A DNA stretch of 57,828 nt from an uncultured Bacilli bacterium (GTDB taxonomy: Bacteria > Bacillota_I > Bacilli_A > RF39 > UBA660), in NCBI GenBank assembly GCA_948629335.1, contig CAPHZB010000002.1:1-57828 (forward strand), in the 5' to 3' direction. The position numbers were made by a program, and so were the translations under genes. Shown one piece after another: positions 46,003 to 56,564 of this stretch. Each line of letters begins with the position of its first letter. The stretch's first letter is position 1. The notes beneath the pieces were generated by a model. That model saw only the letters and a program-made list of their open reading frames with translations, was not told the DNA's origin and did not search any database.

Positions 46003-47025
46003 ATGGAAACAAATAATATGAATTTTGTTGCAAAAGTTTATGATGATGTTCTTTCTCAGTTAGATCGTGCTTTAATAGGACAAAAGAAAGTAAAAAAAGT
46101 AGTGGCTTCTTCTCTTCTTTGTGATACAAATAGTCGAATTTTGCTTACAGGAGGAACTGGATTTGGAAAGAGTACTTTATCTGATTTTGTAGCAACTAGT
46201 TTTAAAACAGAAAGAATTGAAGTAACTTCAGATTTGCTTCCAAGTGAGATTCAAAAAAGTTTAACAACTTCTGTGATACCAGAAGAGGAAAATAATAGTG
46301 ATATACAAAAGCAGGTAATAGAAGAAAAAAAATTCCGATTATTACAAGTAGAGGAATTAAATCGGGCGAATGCAAAAGCACAATCTGCATTTATTGAACT
46401 TTTTGATAAAAATCAGATAACAACAGATGAAAGAATTTATCATTTTCAAGATTTTTATGTGATTGCAACACAGAATAATGAAGAAGTTGCAGGAATATTT
46501 AATGTTCCACTGGCAATATATGATCGATTTGGTATGAGTGTTTCTTATGATGATTTAAGTGAAGAAGAGTTAAGAAACTTACTCTTTGGTTACTTTCAAC
46601 CAAGCAAGAAGTCTCATTTAAATGAATTCTTTATAAATACAGTAAAAAAAGAAGTGGAATCTTTTCACTTAACTAAAGTAGATGAAGATATGATGTTAGC
46701 CATATGTAAAAAGATTGACACGATGGTACTTCATAATAAAAAATTGTTTGCAGGTTCTAATTATCGTGCGCATGCATTTGCCTTAAAGCTAGTTAAGTTA
46801 ATGGCTTTATCTAGTGAAAGAAATTATTTGATGCCTACAGATATTTTAGATTTTATTGAGCCTTTATACATGCATAGAATAAACCAAAATGTGGCACAAA
46901 TTGGGGATGAAAATGTAAAAGAATTATTTGATGATATGAAATTAAAAATAAGAAATTTAAATCGAAAAAATCCATGTTTTGACGACACAAAAATATATGT
47001 AAAAGGATTTGGAAAAAGGAAATAG
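46003..47025 (+). CDS. MoxR-like AAA+ ATPase (AAA_3 type), divergent
   Basis: Walker A is GGTGFGKST. The block LQVEELNRANAKAQSAFIELF...VIATQNN...PLAIYDRF matches the MoxR pattern (DEINRA..QSALLE...ATQNP...DRF). The Walker B Asp is replaced (VEE). An insertion lies between Walker A and Walker B. Confidence 0.7.
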   Translation: METNNMNFVAKVYDDVLSQLDRALIGQKKVKKVVASSLLCDTNSRILLTGGTGFGKSTLSDFVATSFKTERIEVTSDLLPSEIQKSLTTSVIPEEENNSDIQKQVIEEKKFRLLQVEELNRANAKAQSAFIELFDKNQITTDERIYHFQDFYVIATQNNEEVAGIFNVPLAIYDRFGMSVSYDDLSEEELRNLLFGYFQPSKKSHLNEFFINTVKKEVESFHLTKVDEDMMLAICKKIDTMVLHNKKLFAGSNYRAHAFALKLVKLMALSSERNYLMPTDILDFIEPLYMHRINQNVAQIGDENVKELFDDMKLKIRNLNRKNPCFDDTKIYVKGFGKRK

Positions 47026-47054
47026 TAGTTTTAAAAGGAAAAGGGGAGTTTTGT

Positions 47055-49811
47055 ATGGACAATGTGGAAATGGTAAGAAAAAATCTTGCCTATCTTTCTA
47101 AACATGGAGATTTATATGATACAATTGCGTTAAAAAAAGGATTTCAAACAAGAAAAAAAACATTCTTTAAGGCAAATATTCTTCTCTTTTCCCGTTTACT
47201 TTATTTAGGCGTTTTATTAGAAGAAAAAATAGTAAGGCATTTTTCCCCTATTAAAAAGACAAAGAATGTTCAAGACGAAATTCGTAATATCTTGGGTGTA
47301 AATATAGATATTGTTCGTAGGAGAACCTGTACGGATTTGATGAATAGTTCTTCTTTTATGCAATTGATGAAAAAATGTCGATATTGCTTATGGAATGGGG
47401 AGAAAGATTTGTCCATTCTTTATCAAAGAGAAGCTGTATCTAAAGAGGAATATATCCAACATTTAAAGAAAATTTCACAGTTTTGTGAACTTTATTCGAT
47501 TGAAGAAGTTCTTCTTAATAAAAAAGAGATAGAGCAATTATTTTCTGATATAAATTTAGAAAATTATAATGAAACGAAATTAAGAGAAATACTTGATATA
47601 ATTATTTATGGAACATCAATGAGTAAGCAACTTGATGAGCAATTTTTATCCTTGCGTTCTAAGGAACTTCCTATTTTCATTCAAGAATTAGAAAAAGCAA
47701 AAATGGATTGCAGTTGGATTTTAAAGCTTGGAGAACAAATAAAAGATATTCCTGTTCAAAATGCTTTAAGAGAATTTATGGAAAGAGGAAATTTAGATCA
47801 ATTAAAACAAACTGTTCTTCTAAGACTTTCCTTACATTTGAACAGTGAAGGTTGTTATAAAGATAAAGTGTATGGAAAAGTTTTTGAAGATATTGCTATA
47901 AAGGATGAATATATAAAAGTTTTAGCCCATAACGAAGAGGGAAATTTGCACGATATTCGTGTTATGCGTTTATATGACTATCTAGAAGTAAAAAATTATG
48001 ATGCTTTAATAGAAAAGGTAGCTCACTCTTTTGATGATAAAGAAATTCTATATTTATCTCTTCTTCATCTCTATTTATGCAATCCAAAACAAGAAAATGC
48101 TATTAAGCAGGTTGCAGGAAAAAGCCTTTTTGATGAATTATATGATAGTTTTGAAGAGGAGAAAAAGGAAAGCTTTTACAAGAAATTATTACCTTGTGCG
48201 AAAAAATCACGAAGACTGATAAATGGATGTATGATACTATTCTCCATTTTTATTACACTTGGTTTTTGTGGTGTTCTTTGGATAGGGGGACTTTCTTTTG
48301 ATTACATACAAACCTGTTTTCTAGGGGAAAAAGGGACCATTTCAGGGGAAAAAATATGTTTGGCTATAGTTGATACCTATGATAAATCTTCTTCATTTGA
48401 GAAAAATTTGGTAAAGTCTATAATGGGTACGTTAAAAGAAATAGAGTTTGATTTTTCAAATCCACTTTCTGCGTCTACAGGAGATGTATCTACTAAAGGT
48501 ATAGGCAAAGAAGAAGTAATAGGCTATTGTCATTCAGTCAATGCGCAAAAACAAGTTCCTTTCTATTATGCAACAGGATATGCAGATAGTGCTACTTATC
48601 AAGGGGGGAAATTGGATTATCATATTGTACAACCTTCCATTTCTTTTTCAGAATTTCAAGAAGTAGAAGAAGCCTTTTCCGTAGAAGATTATATGATGAA
48701 TAGAAAAGATTTAAAGAAAGCAATTTCCAATCATGAACTCCACTTAGTAAAAAATCTATATCCAGTAGATGACCATTACGTAATGAGTAGTATTCATATT
48801 ATAGATAGAAAAGATGCATCAAAAGAATTTTCCATTGATTATGAAAGAGCTTACGAAATGGGCGGAACAATTACGTTAGAGGAAGAAAAATTACTTCTTT
48901 CCATGCGTCAGCCTGCAATCATATGCACATATGGAATAAATCCAAAGTATAACCATTTTTATGGAGAAGATTTAGAAAGAAAGTCTTATACTAGTCTTCC
49001 ACAAAGCCAGATAAAAGAAGCAATAATTAGAGGACTAGGTTTAAAACAAGATGCCTCACTAGAAGCAATTTTAAATGCTATAAAGGGAAAAAACTATTCC
49101 AAAACGCCTATTCGAGATGCAGGATTATCCTATAAGATAAAAAGACTAGATGAGGAAGAATATATGGAGACGATTGCTTCTATGGACTCTCTCGTATGTA
49201 ATTTAGCAGCCTCTCTAGCAGTAGAGGTAGATGAAGAACTTACTTATGTTATTGGTTATAAAATAGAGGCGGATGGTTTTATAAAAAAGGAAAATGGTCA
49301 TGCTTGGGCTATGAAGGAAAATGGAGAAATCATAGAGGTTACGCCTTCTATTTCCTTAGAAGAAGAGAAGAATGAATTACAAGAATTAATTAACAATGTC
49401 ATGGATTTTGGAGTACAAAACAATATTCCTATTTGTGTTATTCTATTTCTTATTGGCGCAACAGTAAATAAATTATATGGCAAAAAGATTAGAGTAACGC
49501 TTAAAGAAAAACAAGTGAAACAAGTATTAGAAACAGAGGGAATAGAAGAAGCATATGCCAAAATTAATGAAGTTTTGTATGGAGGAATCAATTTACCAAG
49601 AAAACGAAATATGGTTGATTTTATAGAAACCATTGAAAGAGAATTTGCTAGTTTTGATAGTCATGATTTAAAGGAATTAAAGGAAAAATTGCAAATGGGT
49701 ATTGAAGAAAAAGAAGTAAAAGATAAAGCAATCAAACTCGTTCATGAAATTCCTTATATCAAAGAACATGCAGAAGAGTTGCAAAAACAATTGATATATA
49801 AGAAAAGATAA
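47055..49811 (+). CDS. Large membrane protein (918 aa) with a transglutaminase-like core
   Basis: Two TM segments (about residues 390-415 and 795-815). The core reads CNLAASLAV...GHAWAMKENGEIIEVTPS, a Cys...His motif of the TGase-like fold. It immediately follows the MoxR-like gene. Confidence 0.65.
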   Translation: MDNVEMVRKNLAYLSKHGDLYDTIALKKGFQTRKKTFFKANILLFSRLLYLGVLLEEKIVRHFSPIKKTKNVQDEIRNILGVNIDIVRRRTCTDLMNSSSFMQLMKKCRYCLWNGEKDLSILYQREAVSKEEYIQHLKKISQFCELYSIEEVLLNKKEIEQLFSDINLENYNETKLREILDIIIYGTSMSKQLDEQFLSLRSKELPIFIQELEKAKMDCSWILKLGEQIKDIPVQNALREFMERGNLDQLKQTVLLRLSLHLNSEGCYKDKVYGKVFEDIAIKDEYIKVLAHNEEGNLHDIRVMRLYDYLEVKNYDALIEKVAHSFDDKEILYLSLLHLYLCNPKQENAIKQVAGKSLFDELYDSFEEEKKESFYKKLLPCAKKSRRLINGCMILFSIFITLGFCGVLWIGGLSFDYIQTCFLGEKGTISGEKICLAIVDTYDKSSSFEKNLVKSIMGTLKEIEFDFSNPLSASTGDVSTKGIGKEEVIGYCHSVNAQKQVPFYYATGYADSATYQGGKLDYHIVQPSISFSEFQEVEEAFSVEDYMMNRKDLKKAISNHELHLVKNLYPVDDHYVMSSIHIIDRKDASKEFSIDYERAYEMGGTITLEEEKLLLSMRQPAIICTYGINPKYNHFYGEDLERKSYTSLPQSQIKEAIIRGLGLKQDASLEAILNAIKGKNYSKTPIRDAGLSYKIKRLDEEEYMETIASMDSLVCNLAASLAVEVDEELTYVIGYKIEADGFIKKENGHAWAMKENGEIIEVTPSISLEEEKNELQELINNVMDFGVQNNIPICVILFLIGATVNKLYGKKIRVTLKEKQVKQVLETEGIEEAYAKINEVLYGGINLPRKRNMVDFIETIEREFASFDSHDLKELKEKLQMGIEEKEVKDKAIKLVHEIPYIKEHAEELQKQLIYKKR

Positions 49812-49987
49812 ATGTTCATTTTAAATATAAAGTGAATTATGTAAAAGAGAGAGGGCGTGTTTACCGAGAAAAATCTTTTTTTACAAAATGAATGCAATTT
49901 GACTCAAGAAAAATTTAATTTTACCTTTCCTTTACACTTGCTAAATGAGAAGGGGAGTGGTAAAATGATAATAGGAGGTTGCATCAA

Positions 49988-50761
49988 ATGGAAAAACTAA
50001 ATGATATTTTACGTGAACTTGGAATTTCAAAAGTTAAATTAGCAAAATATCTAGGTGTATCTAGACAAATGATTTATAATTATCTAGAACTAGATGATCT
50101 TAATAAATGGCCAAAAGAAAAGAAAGTACTTTTACTAAATCTTTTAAACATTAAATCAGTAGATGAAATGGAAAATATTAAAGTAGATACAGACTATATT
50201 ATGCAAGTAGAAGCAAATATAAACGCCTTATTTAATGAAGAAGTCGCATCTTCTACAACGTCTGATGTCTATCAAGGATTATCTACTAGAAATAAAGAAC
50301 TTCTAGCAAACATTATTGATTTGGTTAAAGAAGACTTAGAAGATGACAGTGATGAAGAGGCTTATTATAAATATCTTTATTTATCTCATTTTATTCAAGC
50401 AATGATTACATCTAGGGAACTCAAATATATTTTAGGATATGTAGCAAAAGCTGCTGGATTTGTAAAGCCACTTGATTTTGTATTTAATGAAGAAGAACAA
50501 TTTCGTTTTGAAAGTATTATGTTTTCTGCAATGATTTTATATAATGGAAGGGGAGTATCTACCTCAAAGATAGCTGAATCGCATAAACGTTTTGAAGAGC
50601 AAATTGAACATAAAATGGAAGAAAAATTAAGTCGAACTATGGAATTAAATACAATCAAAGCACAAGCCTTAAAAGAACTTGGATATACAGCTATTACAGA
50701 AGAAAATGCTGCTGAGGTTCTAGCAAAGATTACAGAAATAGAAGTTCGAACAGTTGCTTAA
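49988..50761 (+). CDS. HTH (XRE-like) domain protein
   Basis: The N-terminus LNDILRELGISKVKLAKYLGVSRQMIYNYL is a helix-turn-helix. RBS AGGAGG. A terminator follows at 50763-50795. Confidence 0.65.
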   Translation: MEKLNDILRELGISKVKLAKYLGVSRQMIYNYLELDDLNKWPKEKKVLLLNLLNIKSVDEMENIKVDTDYIMQVEANINALFNEEVASSTTSDVYQGLSTRNKELLANIIDLVKEDLEDDSDEEAYYKYLYLSHFIQAMITSRELKYILGYVAKAAGFVKPLDFVFNEEEQFRFESIMFSAMILYNGRGVSTSKIAESHKRFEEQIEHKMEEKLSRTMELNTIKAQALKELGYTAITEENAAEVLAKITEIEVRTVA

Positions 50762-50762
50762 A

Positions 50763-50795
50763 AATAGGGGAAACTCCCCTATTTCTTTTCTGCCT
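50763..50795 (+). terminator. Intrinsic terminator
   Basis: AATAGGGG / CCCCTATT stem followed by a T-rich tail. Confidence 0.7.
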
Positions 50796-51196
50796 TTTTA
50801 TAATGCGTATTTTAAGCAATTTTTCTATTTTAAGGTGAACAATTATTCATCTTAAATGAACTAAAATGTACATTATTTTATCTTTTAAAGTTAAAAATAA
50901 TTGCCTTTATAGGATATATTATAGAATAGATATAAGCTTTAATTAAATATATTTATTTTAGAGATATTCTAGATTCATTACAAATGATAATGAAATCTTT
51001 TAAATATCTTATAAAGTTATTATAAATCGAATATAATATATTTATACATAGAAATGATATTTATATAGGATTATAGGCATTATAAATTGAGTCTATAAAA
51101 AGCCTATAATATATATTATGTTAACTAGCAAAAATTTATTTTAATGAAAGCGTATTTTTTTTTATTTCTAGGTTATTCTATTTATGGGTGATCAAA

Positions 51197-51379
51197 ATGA
51201 AAAAGAAAGAAACTATGAAGACAAACAACAAAATGACTGATAGTTGTAATAAGTCAAACGTTTCAAATAAGTCTAATGCAAAGATGACGAATAAAGCTTC
51301 TAAAAACATAGGTTTTGAAAACGAAGCTTCATCTTTTGAAGTAGACCATGATAAAAATGATTCGTTTAAACTTAGATAA
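51197..51379 (+). CDS. Small hydrophilic protein (60 aa, Lys/Asn/Ser-rich)
   Basis: A possible RBS GGGTGA lies 5 nt before ATG 51197. The sequence is low-complexity and may not be coding. Confidence 0.3.
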   Translation: MKKKETMKTNNKMTDSCNKSNVSNKSNAKMTNKASKNIGFENEASSFEVDHDKNDSFKLR

Positions 51380-51420
51380 CCCAAGGTAAGAAAAAAGTAG
51401 ACTCCCTACTCTTTTCTTTT

Positions 51421-52170
51421 TTATATAGATAATAGGAAATGACTAATAAGCATGAAAAGGATTCCAAAGATAAAATAGAAGATAGTCTTTGTTGGTTTTT
51501 GATAAGAAAAAGAAGTAGGAAGCAGTTCTTTAAAACTAATCGTCATCATAATTCCTGCAATGGTGCTATATAAGAAGCCCATAAAAATATCGTTTGTTAG
51601 GTTTTTTAGAAATAAAAATGCAATTATAGCCCCCACGACTTCTGATAATCCAGAAATCATTGTATAACAAAGTGCTTTCTTTTTACTTTTAGTCGCATAA
51701 TAGATAGGAATTGAAATAGAAATTCCTTCAGGAATATTATGTAGAGCAATTGCTATTGTTAGTTTTAATCCTAAATGAAAGTTATTTTCACAGGATATAT
51801 AAGTGGCAATTCCTTCAGGAATGTTGTGAAGGATAATAGCTAGCATAGATATAATTCCTATCTTATATAAGGAAGAACTGTTTTCCACTTTTGCTACCTT
51901 TTCTTCAATATAATTTGAAAGAATAATGCCTATATTAATTCCAATTAAAATAACACATAACATAGGAATAAAAGGAAGATATTTTTCTAATGTTGAGAAA
52001 GACTCTGGAATTAAATCGGAGATAGAAACACATAACATAACCCCTGCAGCAAATGCCAAAGAGGAAATTAATATAGTATCTCCCCTCTCCTTCTTACCAA
52101 AAATAAGAAGAGCACCTAGCATTGTAGAAGCTCCTGCTAAAGAAGTCATTAAAAAAGAGCTTGAAAACAT
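51421..52170 (-). CDS. zupT: ZIP family zinc transporter
   Basis: Two HNIPEGI(A/S) motifs and 7-8 TM segments, 249 aa. Confidence 0.85.
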   Translation of the reverse strand: MFSSSFLMTSLAGASTMLGALLIFGKKERGDTILISSLAFAAGVMLCVSISDLIPESFSTLEKYLPFIPMLCVILIGINIGIILSNYIEEKVAKVENSSSLYKIGIISMLAIILHNIPEGIATYISCENNFHLGLKLTIAIALHNIPEGISISIPIYYATKSKKKALCYTMISGLSEVVGAIIAFLFLKNLTNDIFMGFLYSTIAGIMMTISFKELLPTSFSYQKPTKTIFYFIFGILFMLISHFLLSI

Positions 52171-52335
52171 GTTATCACCAGTACAAGCTTATGAAATAAA
52201 AATAAAAATAGACTTTTATAAAAAGTAATCTTTTTTTAATTTTTACAATCACTCTTTTTTATTTTCTTAAAATCCAATAAAACGCCAATATAAGAAAGTA
52301 AACAAGCAACAAAAAAATATGGGTATGTCCATATT

Positions 52336-53145
52336 TTATTTATAAAGTTTTAACTTTTCTTTGTATTTATCTTTAACATAATCAATAAAATAGTATCCTT
52401 CATAAGAAGGGGCTATATGACGCATTTGCCCTCTAATTTCTTTATAAGCTAGAGGTAGTAATTCTCTTGGAATTTGTTCTGATTCTAAATATTCTTCGAC
52501 TAAACGATTTTCATCTAAAAAACATAATTCTTTTATTGTAAATAGATTATACATATAAGAAATAGCTTTTTCATTTACTTTCATAGTAGAGGAAAATTCA
52601 TATTTTCTCATAAATTCTCCTAAACATACAGGAACTATATCCATGTCTAATTCTTGATATGCCACATTATCTAAATCACAAAAAAACACATCATTTTTAA
52701 AAAATAAAATATTAGAACTAGAAATATCTCCATATAATATTCCTAATTGCTCAAATTGTTTTAGCTTTTGACGCGCTAACCATAAATAGTTTAACATTTC
52801 TGTACGAGAGGTAGGAAAAAAGTCTATTTCTCTATAAGGACTCTTATTCATTAAATACCCTATGATTTCTCCCTCACAAGAAATAGATGCGATAATTTGA
52901 ATATCATTGATTTCTTTTAATGTATCTATATGATAAAGTCTTTTCAATTTTTCAAATTTATTTTGAACCGTTTTTTCTTTACAAACATCAACATCCCATA
53001 TTTTAGCAAGCCTATTTTCCCCAAAAAGAGAGGGAGCATCAAAAATTAAACTCTCTGTTCCATAATTAAACCTATTTTGATTTAATAAATATTGTTTTTC
53101 TTCATTTGTTATTTTTATATTTGGTAAACATTTCATATACATCAC
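52336..53145 (-). CDS. Protein kinase-like fold protein (atypical; CotS/APH-like)
   Basis: The catalytic-loop-like YGDISSSNILF and the DFG-like CDLDN, with an upstream LAKIWD candidate Lys. The start codon is uncertain. Confidence 0.55.
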   Translation of the reverse strand: MMYMKCLPNIKITNEEKQYLLNQNRFNYGTESLIFDAPSLFGENRLAKIWDVDVCKEKTVQNKFEKLKRLYHIDTLKEINDIQIIASISCEGEIIGYLMNKSPYREIDFFPTSRTEMLNYLWLARQKLKQFEQLGILYGDISSSNILFFKNDVFFCDLDNVAYQELDMDIVPVCLGEFMRKYEFSSTMKVNEKAISYMYNLFTIKELCFLDENRLVEEYLESEQIPRELLPLAYKEIRGQMRHIAPSYEGYYFIDYVKDKYKEKLKLYK

Positions 53146-53407
53146 GGGAACTATTGTAATATAAAGGTGTCATAATGTCAACAAATAGAATAATTATTCA
53201 GCAAAAAAATAGTAAATCTGATATGAATTTTATTTGCAAAAAAATTTTTGATATATTAACTACATAATAAAATGGTATGTAGTATGTGTGATGAACTAAA
53301 AAAAGGGATTGAATGGGCAAAACAGTTAGGAAGAAGTGCAAGAAAAAAGAACTTCAAGTAAGTATCTTATGTGGTTTTATATAAAATCTTTCAAGAACTG
53401 GGTTCTT

Positions 53408-54625
53408 TTATATTCTTTTATAGTTATTTTCTTCTAACTCATACATCACTTCATAGGATTCTAGACCATCTTTTAATACAAAATACTCTACATTCTCACC
53501 TATTCTAGCATCATGCACTTCGATTATGATTTGGTTTGGTAATTCACTTATATTTTCTGAAACATGGCTGTATACTTTTATTCCATCTCTTAATGCTTTA
53601 TCGTGTGTGTTTGCTAAAATTAAACTGATAATGCGTTCAAAGTCACAGGTAGATGGTCTACCAATTGTCTTTAAATTTTTAATTTTCTCTAAAAGAATAG
53701 TTATTTTTTCAAAGTTATTATTTCCTTCAATATGATTTGCAAGATTTATAATATATGTATCTGTATATTCTCCTTTAAATTCCTGTAAGTACCCTACTGC
53801 ACAGTCTAACTGTCTTATTTCCTCATCACAGAGCGAATGAAATTCATAATCACTTGCTTCTGTTTCTTCTAAGTGATGTCCATCTTCTATGAACTGTTTT
53901 TTAGAAACGCCAAAGCTTCTTGATTTCATTCCAAACTTTACCCTTGTAGCATCAGATGTAGAATCAGTTAAAATGTTTCCTAGTTTTGTATGTTCGATGA
54001 CTACATAATCATGATTTTCTTCCGATAATACTTGGCTTTCCAGTCCAGCTCTATAACACAGATAATCATAACTAGCGGCAAAAGAGGCGCATATACCCCA
54101 GTTTTTGGCCATAGCTGTAAAAATATTTCTAGAGTATTTTTCGTGTAAACGTCCATACGATGTATATGATAAAGCATTTAAGTCATAAGATAACATTTGG
54201 CTATTTTTATTATATAGATATTTGTATTTTTGTAATTCACTCCACTGGGGATCTATCCCTTTTAAGATTTCATCAAATATTTTCTCTCCTTCAAAAAATT
54301 CTTCAATACTTATAGGGATTATTGGATCTGCCCCATCTTTTTCTGTTTTAAACCTTACTTTAAATGTAGGAGCCAATTCAAATAAAATTCTCATGGTATC
54401 TACACTTGGAATATATTGACTTGTGACAGTGGGATATATATAATTCTTTAGATTTGTTAATATATATCTTAATTCCTCTTTTGTAAGTGTATCTATATTC
54501 TCCAAAATAGAATTTTTTACAATTAACTTTCCATTTATTTTTATATCAACTATATCCTGATTAGACATGGTTGGTGGCAGTTTCTTTTCTTTATCTAAAT
54601 CTATAAATATCTTCTTTCCCATCAT
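53408..54625 (-). CDS. Hypothetical protein with a transglutaminase/papain-like Cys-His-Asp signature
   Basis: WGICASFAASYDYLCYRAG...HDYVVIEH...TDSTSD. I prefer the start at ATG 54625 after AAGGGAGA. Confidence 0.55.
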   Translation of the reverse strand: MMGKKIFIDLDKEKKLPPTMSNQDIVDIKINGKLIVKNSILENIDTLTKEELRYILTNLKNYIYPTVTSQYIPSVDTMRILFELAPTFKVRFKTEKDGADPIIPISIEEFFEGEKIFDEILKGIDPQWSELQKYKYLYNKNSQMLSYDLNALSYTSYGRLHEKYSRNIFTAMAKNWGICASFAASYDYLCYRAGLESQVLSEENHDYVVIEHTKLGNILTDSTSDATRVKFGMKSRSFGVSKKQFIEDGHHLEETEASDYEFHSLCDEEIRQLDCAVGYLQEFKGEYTDTYIINLANHIEGNNNFEKITILLEKIKNLKTIGRPSTCDFERIISLILANTHDKALRDGIKVYSHVSENISELPNQIIIEVHDARIGENVEYFVLKDGLESYEVMYELEENNYKRI

Positions 54626-54669
54626 TGTATCTCCCTTGAAATTCACTATTTTTTCTATATATAATTTTG

Positions 54670-55308
54670 TTACTGAAAAGTAACAAATGGTATTCCTAAA
54701 TTTTTATAAATGGTGGATGCCCGAGGCAAATGTAGAATTCGCGCGAATAATAAATTATAGAACTCATCAAATAAAATGATACTACATAAAGTAATACTAA
54801 GAATTAAAAACAATTTCTTATTCATTTTTTTTGCTAAATAGAAACAGAATGGAACTAAACCATACATAAGAAGTAAACTTGAAAGTCCGAAGATAAGTAC
54901 ACTACGTAAGCAAACAAACCCATGAATACTTCCAAAACTTAAAATCTCTTGGTTATAATCCCAACAGCGCATACCATCTTTAATAATATACATTCCAAGC
55001 CCCGAAAAATACTCTAAAATTCCACAAGAAATGGCACTAATGAAAAAGATTTGCAATGGTTTTTTTCTCTTTTTATAAGTTAAAAAATAAATCATAATAG
55101 AGCCAGTCGCATAAATATTAATCCAAGGTAGGAAATTCGCGCCTCTCCAGTAAAATGTTTTCATTCCGCCATTAAAATAATAGAAAATAAATTCATAGAA
55201 AAAGCCAAACATTCCTGTAAAAACAATAAGTAAGCAAAATATACCAAGTAATGTTTCTTTATCAAATGAATGTTCTTTATTTAAATAGTTTACATATTTG
55301 TCTTTCAT
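54670..55308 (-). CDS. Polytopic membrane protein (possibly the CmpB-like putative ABC-transporter type IV family)
   Basis: About 6 TM segments and FYEFIFYYF near the N-terminus. The family assignment is from memory only. Confidence 0.5.
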   Translation of the reverse strand: MKDKYVNYLNKEHSFDKETLLGIFCLLIVFTGMFGFFYEFIFYYFNGGMKTFYWRGANFLPWINIYATGSIMIYFLTYKKRKKPLQIFFISAISCGILEYFSGLGMYIIKDGMRCWDYNQEILSFGSIHGFVCLRSVLIFGLSSLLLMYGLVPFCFYLAKKMNKKLFLILSITLCSIILFDEFYNLLFARILHLPRASTIYKNLGIPFVTFQ

Positions 55309-55330
55309 ACAACATACACCTATTTTATTC

Positions 55331-55525
55331 TTAGACTACAATTTTTTTAGGGTTTTTGACATAGGATTTAACTACTGCCCCACAATTTAAACAAATTTTA
55401 TGATACAATGTTTGTGATTTAAAAGTAAAGGTCTTATTTGCTGGTCCAACACTAGCATACCCTTCTTGTTTTCCTTCTACGAACTTTTCTCCACCACAAT
55501 ATGGACATTTTTCTTCATTTTTCAT
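55331..55525 (-). CDS. Small zinc-ribbon protein (64 aa)
   Basis: CPYCGG...CLNCG pairs and a strong RBS AAAGGAGGAA. Confidence 0.65.
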   Translation of the reverse strand: MKNEEKCPYCGGEKFVEGKQEGYASVGPANKTFTFKSQTLYHKICLNCGAVVKSYVKNPKKIVV

Positions 55526-55707
55526 GTTTTATTCCTCCTTTAAATTGGTACTATTTATATTTGATATTATAACACATATAGTATTCGTAGTAAATTGATG
55601 AAATCACGAAGGCTGTAAAGTATATGACCTACTTATTTTTGTTTTATTTAGTCATGAATGCATTTAAAAACAGATAATTCTAAAAGAAACTATCTGTTAA
55701 ATTATCT

Positions 55708-56244
55708 CTATTTTTGTCTTTTCCACTTTTCTAGTTTACATCCTTTTTGTTCTAACTTGTTACGAAAAGCTTCTGCAAAATCAAGAAATTTTTCTATTTC
55801 TTCTGGTTGATAAATATTTTTAGGTCCATATATTGTCTTTTTATTCGTTCCCCCTATTTTTAATAGTTCTCCATATTCTCTACAACCTTTTTGATACTTA
55901 AAACATAATTGATGATACTTAGGATCATACGACACATTCTCTATTTTGTCCATATCGACATGGTATGCCTCACTATGTTCTTTTAATTCGCTATCTATTT
56001 GTATAAGAATAAGATCAAAATCACTCATTCTATACCCCACAATATAGTAAAAAAACGAGGTTGTGTTGGTATCAAAAACAAAGCCATGCTCGAACTTTGA
56101 AGTCGTCATATAACAATATAAAATTTCATATTCATTTCCTTTTTCCACTGTTTTATCAAAGATTTCTCTCATTCTTTTTTTCTTTGCTTCACAGTCTATC
56201 GCATCATAATCGGGTGTTTTTTCTTTTTTTGAAAATAGTCCCAT
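55708..56244 (-). CDS. Hypothetical cytoplasmic protein (178 aa)
   Basis: Strong RBS AGGGAGGAA. A terminator hairpin AACAGATA/TATCTGTT lies downstream. No motif is recognised. Confidence 0.6.
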   Translation of the reverse strand: MGLFSKKEKTPDYDAIDCEAKKKRMREIFDKTVEKGNEYEILYCYMTTSKFEHGFVFDTNTTSFFYYIVGYRMSDFDLILIQIDSELKEHSEAYHVDMDKIENVSYDPKYHQLCFKYQKGCREYGELLKIGGTNKKTIYGPKNIYQPEEIEKFLDFAEAFRNKLEQKGCKLEKWKRQK

Positions 56245-56314
56245 AAATTTTTCCTCCCTATATTATTTATTTTCCTAATAAGGATAGCACAAGTAACAGA
56301 TATTTTCAATTGTA

Positions 56315-56539
56315 TTACGGCAACCAAAATAATAAATCAATAACACATAGAATTGTACCTTTTAGTTTCTCATTTGTTTTACACAATTTAATAATTGAAC
56401 CTAAAAAAAGATAAAGACTAACAACTAAAATAAGGGGCGCTAAAAATGTGGTATTATTTAATAGACGAATAGAGAGAATGAATAAAAGAATGGATACCAA
56501 CAGGAAGAAAAAGTATAAATATTTTTTATTGTTTTTCAT
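56315..56539 (-). CDS. Small membrane protein (74 aa, 2 TM)
   Basis: RBS AAGGAG and two hydrophobic segments. Confidence 0.5.
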   Translation of the reverse strand: MKNNKKYLYFFFLLVSILLFILSIRLLNNTTFLAPLILVVSLYLFLGSIIKLCKTNEKLKGTILCVIDLLFWLP

Positions 56540-56564
56540 TCAAATGCAACTCCTTAATACGTTA

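Noticed and set aside
50796-51187. The AT-rich 400-bp intergenic region with scattered TATAGG/CCTATA strings might be a repeat array or an origin-like region.
   Set aside because: Only one clear hairpin is present (TTATAGGC...GCCTATAA). There is no regular spacing and there are no DnaA-box-like repeats. It is probably ordinary promoter or spacer DNA.
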